A stretch of 64,000 bases of DNA, from the NCBI GenBank assembly GCA_002308915.1, contig DBWI01000024.1, positions 2,004-66,003 of the forward strand, given 5' to 3'. Each line of letters opens with the position of its first letter. Within the stretch, counting starts at the first letter, position 1. A program made the position numbers and the translations under genes. Origin of the DNA: Christensenella sp. UBA1242 (GTDB lineage: Bacteria; Bacillota; Clostridia; Christensenellales; UBA1242). Below, one piece after another: positions 58,370-64,000 of the stretch. Below the pieces are notes generated by a model. The model saw nothing but the letters and a program-made list of their open reading frames with translations. It searched no databases and was not told where the DNA came from.

Positions 58370-58554
58370 AAAATTTTTATCCTCCTTTGTTTTTAGTCTT
58401 CCTTGGTGTTTTAAAACTCTCATCGCAACCTGCAAAATGCATAGGCAACCGCTTTGAAATTTACTACCAAGTGTTAATTTGTCAATGAATGACCTTGTAA
58501 TATATAACATATATAAAAATTAAAATCAAGTATTTTTTCAATAAAAAAAATATA

Positions 58555-59511
58555 TTAAATATACAAAAATTCAACAAAAACAGTTAAGCAAGCATCAAAC
58601 AAATTTTTGTGATTTTCAAAGTCAATTTCATAGGTGTTGTTTAGATAAACTAATAATTGATTATTGCATAATCGTGAATATAGAAAATCAACCTTTTGAC
58701 TAATTGTTTCTAAATTATTTTTACCATCAAAAAGATATGACTTTACGCCATCTTTTCTGGTAATATTTGTAACTTCCCTATAATATTTTTTTATTGCTTT
58801 TGCGAGTGATTTTTCACTTAGGTTATTATATAAATTAGTTATATTTATAGCATCAAAATCTGCCAAAACATCTTGACTTCCGAACGAACTATTATGGTTG
58901 AATTTTTGTTCAACCATTGTTTTTAGTTCATCATCTGTTTTGTCTGTATTTTTAATTTCTTTTACAAGCTGACAAAGGTCTCCACCCCAACCACCAAGGT
59001 CCGAATACATTTCATTTCCAATCATGCTTAAATTTATTGTTGCAATCATGTGAATAAAATCAATTTCTTCATTACTTCCAGGATAAGTTAATACTTCTTT
59101 TGTTCGTAAATACTCCAATTCTGCATTATTGTTATGCACATAGTTGGCAAAGTCCTCATCAATACTTCCACCCAAAATTGACCATTGATTTGTGTTATAC
59201 TTGCTACTTCTAATGTAAATTACAACTCTTGAAATATAGTTTGTTTGATTATATTGTTTTGAAAGAGCTTCCAATGCTAATAAATCATTTGTGAATTTTT
59301 CAAAAGCAAGCTCCTCTGGGGTTGTTGGAACATAGTCATCTTGATCTTCAATACCATCAATATTGTTAGCATCATTATTATTTTCAGGATTCTCTGTTTG
59401 CTGTGTTTCGTTATCACTGTTTTGAGCATAATTATACTCTTTGCATGCAAAAAATGTAAAAAAACACATACAAATTAACAAAAAACATGATATTTTCTTA
59501 AATTTTACCAT
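58555..59511 (-). CDS. hypothetical lipoprotein
   Basis: Signal peptide with lipobox FFAC (MVKFKKISCFLLICMCFFTFFAC), an acidic N/D/E-rich linker, and a ~230-aa domain with HMIAT...DLGGWGGDLCQL. No family recognised. Confidence 0.6.
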   Translation of the reverse strand: MVKFKKISCFLLICMCFFTFFACKEYNYAQNSDNETQQTENPENNNDANNIDGIEDQDDYVPTTPEELAFEKFTNDLLALEALSKQYNQTNYISRVVIYIRSSKYNTNQWSILGGSIDEDFANYVHNNNAELEYLRTKEVLTYPGSNEEIDFIHMIATINLSMIGNEMYSDLGGWGGDLCQLVKEIKNTDKTDDELKTMVEQKFNHNSSFGSQDVLADFDAINITNLYNNLSEKSLAKAIKKYYREVTNITRKDGVKSYLFDGKNNLETISQKVDFLYSRLCNNQLLVYLNNTYEIDFENHKNLFDACLTVFVEFLYI

Positions 59512-59554
59512 ATTTTTATTATATCACGTATTTACTTAATTAAAAAATATTTAT

Positions 59555-59592
59555 GCAAAAAATAAAAAAGAACAAGGCAAATACCTTGTTCT
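59555..59592 (-). terminator. intrinsic terminator after yloV
   Basis: Minus strand: AGAACAAGG-tatttg-CCTTGTTCT followed by TTTTTATTTTTT. Confidence 0.85.
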
Positions 59593-59606
59593 TTAATTAT
59601 GTTAAA

Positions 59607-61244
59607 TTATTCCATTGATATGATGTAATAGTAAACTGGTTGTCCGCCATCAATGATATTTACTTCACATTCTGGATATTTATTTGAAAGTGTATCTCTA
59701 AGTTCTTCTGCATCTTGTTGTTTAACATCTTCACCATAGAACAATGTTATGCTAACAACACTTTCATCTATCATCTTTGCAACCAAATCTTCTGTTGTTG
59801 GATTTACAAGATTTCCTTTGGCCAAAATTGTTTTGTCATCAAGACCAATAACTTCACCAACAGAAAGATCAAATCCATCAACGTGAGTTGCACGAACTGC
59901 ATAAGTAACAGAAGCGCTCTTTACATTAACAAATGCTCCACTCATACTCTCTTTGTTTTCTTCAAGTGTTCCATCTGGATTAAATGCAAGTGAAGCACTA
60001 ATTCCTTCTGGTACATTACGAGTAGGAATAACAACAAGATTTTTTGTTGTAAGCCCTTTTGCTTGTTCTGCTGCTAAAATAATATTCTTGTTATTTGGGA
60101 AAACAAAAACTGTCTTTGCAGGAACTTTATCTGCAGCTTGAGCGATATCTGCTGCACTTGGATTCATTGTTTGTCCACCAGTGATAATCTCATCAACCAT
60201 CAAATCACGCATAAGATCTGCAATTCCCTTTCCAGGAGCCACAGAAACCATGCCTAATTCCTTCAAATCTTCTTGTCTTTGTCCAGCTTTTTTCTTGAGT
60301 TCACGATTTTGTTCACGCATGTTTTCTATCTTAAGATTATAGAGTTCACCAAGTTCAAGAGCATAACCTAATGCTAAGTTTGGTTCGTTTGTATGAACGT
60401 GTACCTTAACTAAGAGCAAGTCACCAATACAAAGAACAGAATCACCAATCTTCATCAATTTTTCTTTAAGTTTTTCAATATCAGCTTCTGTTGTCTTTTT
60501 CTTCATATTGATTATCATATATTCTGTACAATAACCAAATTCAATATCTGCAAGGTTATTTATGTCTGCAATAACATCATCTGCTGTTTGAACAGGTTGT
60601 CCATCATTGAATACTGTTGTGAAATCTGTTTCACCAATAAGTGCCTTATAAAAGCCAGTAAAGATAACAATAATACCTCTACCACCAGAGTCAACAACCC
60701 CTGCTTTTTTGAGTACAGGAAGCATTTCTGGTGTTTGTTGTAATATTTCTTCACCTTTGTCAAGAACAGTTTTAAGGAAAGCTTCGTGATCTGATACTTT
60801 CTTTGCTGTTTCAACTGCACATTCACTCATTACTCTAATAACAGTTAAAATTGTTCCTTCCTTTGGCTTTGTAACAGCTTTGTAAGCAACTTTGCTACCT
60901 TCTGCCATTGCCTTTGCAAAATTCTTGGTAGTGATGTTTTCGCAATTTGACAAAACTGAACACATACCTTTTACAATTTGAGAAGTAATAACACCACTAT
61001 TACCTCTTGCACCACGAAGAGCACCTTTTGCAAATGCTTCGCAAAGATGTTGAATAGTATTATCTGGGCAATTATTAACTTCATTGCCTGCAGATTTCAT
61101 TGTTAAAAACATATTAGTTCCAGTGTCACCATCTGGAACAGGAAAAACGTTGAGTGCATCAACTATTTGCTTATTTTGGTCTAAAAGGCTAACGCCCCCT
61201 AGAATCATCTTTCTAAATGTTGCGCCATTTATGGACTTTTGCAT
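59607..61244 (-). CDS. yloV: DAK2 domain fusion protein YloV
   Basis: 545 aa with N-terminal Dak2 motifs (PDGDTGTNM, GARGNSGVI) and a C-terminal DegV-like half. Follows yloU. Confidence 0.9.
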   Translation of the reverse strand: MQKSINGATFRKMILGGVSLLDQNKQIVDALNVFPVPDGDTGTNMFLTMKSAGNEVNNCPDNTIQHLCEAFAKGALRGARGNSGVITSQIVKGMCSVLSNCENITTKNFAKAMAEGSKVAYKAVTKPKEGTILTVIRVMSECAVETAKKVSDHEAFLKTVLDKGEEILQQTPEMLPVLKKAGVVDSGGRGIIVIFTGFYKALIGETDFTTVFNDGQPVQTADDVIADINNLADIEFGYCTEYMIINMKKKTTEADIEKLKEKLMKIGDSVLCIGDLLLVKVHVHTNEPNLALGYALELGELYNLKIENMREQNRELKKKAGQRQEDLKELGMVSVAPGKGIADLMRDLMVDEIITGGQTMNPSAADIAQAADKVPAKTVFVFPNNKNIILAAEQAKGLTTKNLVVIPTRNVPEGISASLAFNPDGTLEENKESMSGAFVNVKSASVTYAVRATHVDGFDLSVGEVIGLDDKTILAKGNLVNPTTEDLVAKMIDESVVSITLFYGEDVKQQDAEELRDTLSNKYPECEVNIIDGGQPVYYYIISME

Positions 61245-61253
61245 TTTTATCTC

Positions 61254-61604
61254 CTAAACTCTAACACCAACAACATGAATGTTAACAGTATCAACAATCA
61301 TGCCAGTAAAATCTTCAACACTGTATTTGATAGTCTTTTTTAAACTTTCTGCAACAGCGCTCACTGAAATACCGTATTTTAAGATACAGTAAATGTCGAT
61401 GAATATTCTATTTTCTATATTTGATATTTTAATTCCTTTGGAATATGGTTGTTTAATTAAAAGTTCACGAATACCATCTTTGAGGTTTCTTGAAACAAGA
61501 TCAACAACACCATAAGAATCTAAGGTGGTAAAACCAGCGACAGCAGCAATAGCGTCGTTAGAAATTGTTATTTTGCCATAGAAATTATTTGTTTCTACTG
61601 CCAT
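61254..61604 (-). CDS. Asp23/Gls24-family protein (YloU-like)
   Basis: Asp23 signature (ISNDAIAAVAG ... VNIHVVGVRV). Paired with yloV. Confidence 0.88.
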   Translation of the reverse strand: MAVETNNFYGKITISNDAIAAVAGFTTLDSYGVVDLVSRNLKDGIRELLIKQPYSKGIKISNIENRIFIDIYCILKYGISVSAVAESLKKTIKYSVEDFTGMIVDTVNIHVVGVRV

Positions 61605-61636
61605 TTAATCCTCCATTTCGATAAATTCGCAGAAAT

Positions 61637-61665
61637 AATATACTATAATTTTATAAATGTTTCAA
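61637..61665 (-). promoter_or_regulatory. sigma-A-type promoter for yloU-yloV
   Basis: Minus strand: TTGAAA (61665-61660), 17 nt, TATATT (61642-61637). Confidence 0.5.
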
Positions 61666-61703
61666 GTATTTTTTACATTTTTATAAAAAATTAAAGAAAA
61701 GTG

Positions 61704-61732
61704 TTGCAAAAGTAAAAAAAAAATGTTAGTAT
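61704..61732 (+). promoter_or_regulatory. extended -10 promoter for rpmB
   Basis: TTGCAA (61704-61709), 17 nt, TGt-TAGTAT (61724-61732). Confidence 0.5.
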
Positions 61733-61778
61733 ATGTCCTGTTGAAATATTTAGACTAAAAAAGAAATCGGAGGAAACT

Positions 61779-61961
61779 ATGAGCAGAGTATGTGAAATTT
61801 GTGGCAAAGGAAAAATGGGTGGACACAACGTTAGCCACAGCAATCGTAAATCAAACAGAACTTATGAAGTAAACTTACAAAAAACAACTATAGAAGTTGA
61901 TGGAAAAGAAAAAACTGTTAGAGCTTGCACAAAATGCATCAAAACAGCAAAAAAAGCATAA
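61779..61961 (+). CDS. rpmB: 50S ribosomal protein L28
   Basis: MSRVCEICGKGKMGGHNVSHSNRKSNRTYEVNLQ. GGAGGA SD upstream. Confidence 0.96.
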   Translation: MSRVCEICGKGKMGGHNVSHSNRKSNRTYEVNLQKTTIEVDGKEKTVRACTKCIKTAKKA

Positions 61962-61982
61962 CCATAGTTTTACTTTGTAAAT

Positions 61983-62008
61983 AAACTCACCGTTTGGTGA
62001 GTTTTTTG
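61983..62008 (+). terminator. intrinsic terminator after rpmB
   Basis: CTCACC (61986-61991), gttt loop, GGTGAG (61996-62001), followed by TTTTTTG. Confidence 0.8.
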
Positions 62009-62100
62009 TTTATGTATTTGGTTATTTTATTATAACTTTCCTACATACTATTTTTAGTATGCCAGATAAAAACCTTGGAACTTTTATGCAAATTATTTTC

Positions 62101-62140
62101 ATAAAAAACCTCCCTATGTAATATTATACTAGGAAGGTTT
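62101..62140 (-). terminator. intrinsic terminator after rpe
   Basis: Minus strand: AACCTTCCTA-loop-TAGGGAGGTT (one mismatch) followed by TTTTTTAT. Confidence 0.65.
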
Positions 62141-62152
62141 ATTTTTTGTTAT

Positions 62153-62815
62153 TTATTTCTTTAGTGACAATATTGCTTCTTCTCTATTTTGTGAATTATA
62201 AACATAACTGCCACTAACAACAATATCTGCACCTAATCTCTTTAATTTTTTGCTTATTGTTGGATTAACTCCCCCATCAACTTCTATTTTGAAGTGGGAA
62301 GAATAATCTTCTCTTATCTTATCTAATTCAATAAGTTTTGAATATGTTTCATTAAAAAACTTTTGTCCACTCTTCCCCGGCTCAACACTCATAAGCAATA
62401 CAATGTCAACATAACTCAAAAATTGTAATATCTCATATACACTTGTTTTGGGCTTTATGCTTAACCCACAAAGTGCATTACTCTTTCGTATCTTCTTTAA
62501 ATCATTTTCTAGTTTTTTCTTATCTTTATATGCTTCATAATGGATTGTAATAACATTTGCTCCTGCATCTATATACTTTTGTATAACCCTACTTGGTTCT
62601 TTAACCATCAAGTGCACATCTAATGGTAATAAAGTTCTTTCTTTTAATAATTTTAGGGCAACATAATCAAAAGTAGTTTTTTCAACAAATTGTCCATCCA
62701 TAATGTCACAATGCAAAAAATCTGCCACATTTTTGATTTCATCGGCATAATTTATCATATCTTCAATACCCTTAACAATTGGATCTGTTGAAGGTGCAAC
62801 TAATAATTTATCCAT
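62153..62815 (-). CDS. rpe: ribulose-phosphate 3-epimerase
   Basis: HCDIMDGQFV, LDVHLMV, MSVEPG and VDGGVN motifs of Rpe. Confidence 0.92.
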   Translation of the reverse strand: MDKLLVAPSTDPIVKGIEDMINYADEIKNVADFLHCDIMDGQFVEKTTFDYVALKLLKERTLLPLDVHLMVKEPSRVIQKYIDAGANVITIHYEAYKDKKKLENDLKKIRKSNALCGLSIKPKTSVYEILQFLSYVDIVLLMSVEPGKSGQKFFNETYSKLIELDKIREDYSSHFKIEVDGGVNPTISKKLKRLGADIVVSGSYVYNSQNREEAILSLKK

Positions 62816-63674
62816 GTGTTCTCTCCCATTTATCTTTTAACAAATTATACATTTTTGCATATCTGTCATATCTGGCTCTATCAAGAACTCCTGCCTTAAC
62901 CATTTCTTTTACCTTGCATTCATTTACACTTTCTGCAACATGAACGCAACTTGTGTATTTGCATTTATCTTTATACACATTATAATCCCTGTAATAATAA
63001 GGCAATTCATAGTATGCTATTGGAAGCAAAGTTTCATCCAAAGAAGTAAAACCAGCAGTGTCTGCAACCATTATATCATCATCATAGAAAATTTCACAAT
63101 GCCTTGTTGTATTTTTTCCACGATTAACTTTTTTACTTAGTTCCCCTTCTTTTGCCTTATCTCCAAATAGTGCATTAACAAGTGCACTTTTCCCAACTGC
63201 AGATTGCCCTGCAAAAGCAGACAATTTGCCTTTCAAAACTGTTTTTAACTGCTCCAAACCATTTTTTGTCTTTGCAGAAACATTTACAACTTTAACAAAA
63301 GTTGAATATGTTTTAATTACATATTCGTTTATTTCATCAGAAATATCTTGCTTATTTATTACAATAATTGGCTCAATGTCATAGCAATAAGCGAATAAAA
63401 TCAACTTGTCCAAAATATAAAAATCAGGCTTTGGAACAGGAGAGATTACAATGATAATTTGCTCCAAATTAGCAAGTGGTGGACGAATTAGCAGATTATG
63501 TCTTTGGTCAACCTTGTCAACTACATACAAATCATCAACTTTGCTAATTTCAACATGATCGCCAACATATATTCCTTTTGCCTTTAAATTACCCCTAGGC
63601 TTGCAAATAAAAGTATCATTAGATACTTTAACACAAAAACTATCAGCTATTTTTTTTGTAACAATACCTTTCAT
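62808..63674 (-). CDS. rsgA: ribosome small-subunit-dependent GTPase A
   Basis: Circularly permuted GTPase (NKQD, GQSAVGKSALVNAL, DTAGF) and a C-terminal Cys/His zinc knuckle. Start set to ATG 63674. Confidence 0.92.
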   Translation of the reverse strand: MKGIVTKKIADSFCVKVSNDTFICKPRGNLKAKGIYVGDHVEISKVDDLYVVDKVDQRHNLLIRPPLANLEQIIIVISPVPKPDFYILDKLILFAYCYDIEPIIVINKQDISDEINEYVIKTYSTFVKVVNVSAKTKNGLEQLKTVLKGKLSAFAGQSAVGKSALVNALFGDKAKEGELSKKVNRGKNTTRHCEIFYDDDIMVADTAGFTSLDETLLPIAYYELPYYYRDYNVYKDKCKYTSCVHVAESVNECKVKEMVKAGVLDRARYDRYAKMYNLLKDKWERTHG

Positions 63675-64000
63675 TTGCCTTCCTTTAACACCTTTGCTCT
63701 TAGTTGTCCACAAGCCCCATCAATATCTTCACCCATTGTTCTTCTAACAGTTGCTGAAATGCCATTTTTGTTGAGTCGTTCCATAAAAGCATATGCTCTC
63801 TTCCTTGTTGTTCCAACCAAGTTCCTTTCCTTAACTTCGTTAAGTGGAATCAAGTTTACATGGCAACTCATACCTTTCAATAGCTTTGAGAGTTCATCAG
63901 CACACTCAAATGTGTCATTTACCCCACTTATTAAAGCATATTCAAAAACAATTCTTCTTTTTATTTTTTCAAAATATCTCTTTGTTGCCGCAATTAATTC
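63671..64000 (-). CDS. rlmN: 23S rRNA/tRNA (adenine-C2)-methyltransferase RlmN, C-terminal part (N-terminus beyond the window)
   Basis: Manual extension of the frame to base 64000 gives ELIAATKRYFEKIKRRIVFEYALISGVNDTFECADELSKLLKGMSCHVNLIPLNEV...GACGQL. This is the radical-SAM RlmN/Cfr C-terminal pattern. Confidence 0.88.
   Translation of the reverse strand, partial: ELIAATKRYFEKIKRRIVFEYALISGVNDTFECADELSKLLKGMSCHVNLIPLNEVKERNLVGTTRKRAYAFMERLNKNGISATVRRTMGEDIDGACGQLRAKVLKEGK

Noticed and set aside
58370-58510. A 47-aa N-terminal extension of rpsB appears in the ORF track. Similar upstream extensions appear on lexA, ygjP-like, SDR, nusB, argR, spoIIIAC, rsgA and punA.
   Set aside because: The conserved N-termini begin at internal ATGs that carry good Shine-Dalgarno sequences. 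The extensions are non-homologous and often overlap promoters. The rpsB leader region contains two promoter-like elements (TTGATT-17-TATATT and TTGACA-16-TAAATT) and only weak structure, so no regulatory claim is made.
62059-62121. A 20-aa ORF (MPDKNLGTFMQIIFIKNLPM) lies in the 190-nt gap between the rpmB and rpe terminators.
   Set aside because: It has no ribosome-binding site, it overlaps the rpe terminator stem, and nothing suggests conservation. It is treated as noise.
1-64000. I scanned the whole window for CRISPR arrays, IS/transposase genes, restriction-modification, toxin-antitoxin, CBASS/retron/abortive-infection-type defence modules and large inverted or direct repeats.
   Set aside because: None was found. 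Apart from 13.8-19 kb and the lipoprotein at 58.6-59.5 kb, the window is conserved housekeeping and sporulation synteny. Claiming a novel multi-gene system here would not be supported by the sequence.

Overview
This is an AT-rich chromosomal core segment from an endospore-forming Firmicute with Clostridia-like gene order. About 75 protein genes are tightly packed, and after ~19 kb almost all are on the minus strand. Most of the window matches conserved Bacillus/Clostridium blocks:
- spoVAC-AD-AE and yunB
- T-box-pheST, cysteine desulfurase-thiI, and rny
- tRNA-Thr, lexA and a tyrosine recombinase
- rluB, flavoprotein, cmk, plsC and an S1 protein
- ytfIJ, scpAB, dacF-like, punA and spoIIM
- spoIVB, recN and argR
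- nusB and xseAB
- the complete spoIIIAA-AH operon, then efp
- rimP-nusA-ylxR-ylxQ-infB-rbfA-nrnA-truB
- rpsB-tsf-frr-uppS-cdsA-rseP
- yloU-yloV, rpmB, rpe, rsgA and rlmN

I found no CRISPR array, transposase/IS element, prophage module or recognisable defence, toxin-antitoxin or restriction-modification system. I cannot support a claim of a wholly new multi-gene system here.

The items most worth a second look are:
1. A ~575-nt structured, ORF-free RNA between xseB and a 4-TM membrane protein. By position and architecture it looks like OLE RNA plus OapA, here stripped of the usual flanking isoprenoid genes.
2. A 519-aa protein sitting where polC normally lies. It has a PolC-like N-terminal/OB region fused directly to a DEDDh exonuclease, with no PHP or polymerase domains.
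3. The only accessory-looking stretch (13.8-19 kb). It holds an orphan protein that by eye resembles a catalytically degenerate nucleotidyltransferase. It also holds a PadR-type regulator fused to a long Asn/Asp/Glu-rich linker and a C-terminal membrane anchor. Tandem direct repeats and SD-less (possibly leaderless) starts lie in its divergent promoter region.
4. Both conserved blocks lack the MEP/isoprenoid genes (ispA, dxs, dxr, ispG) and pyrH, proS, polC, prpC and prkC that usually sit in them.

All functional calls come from reading the translated ORFs, motifs and synteny. No database search was run.
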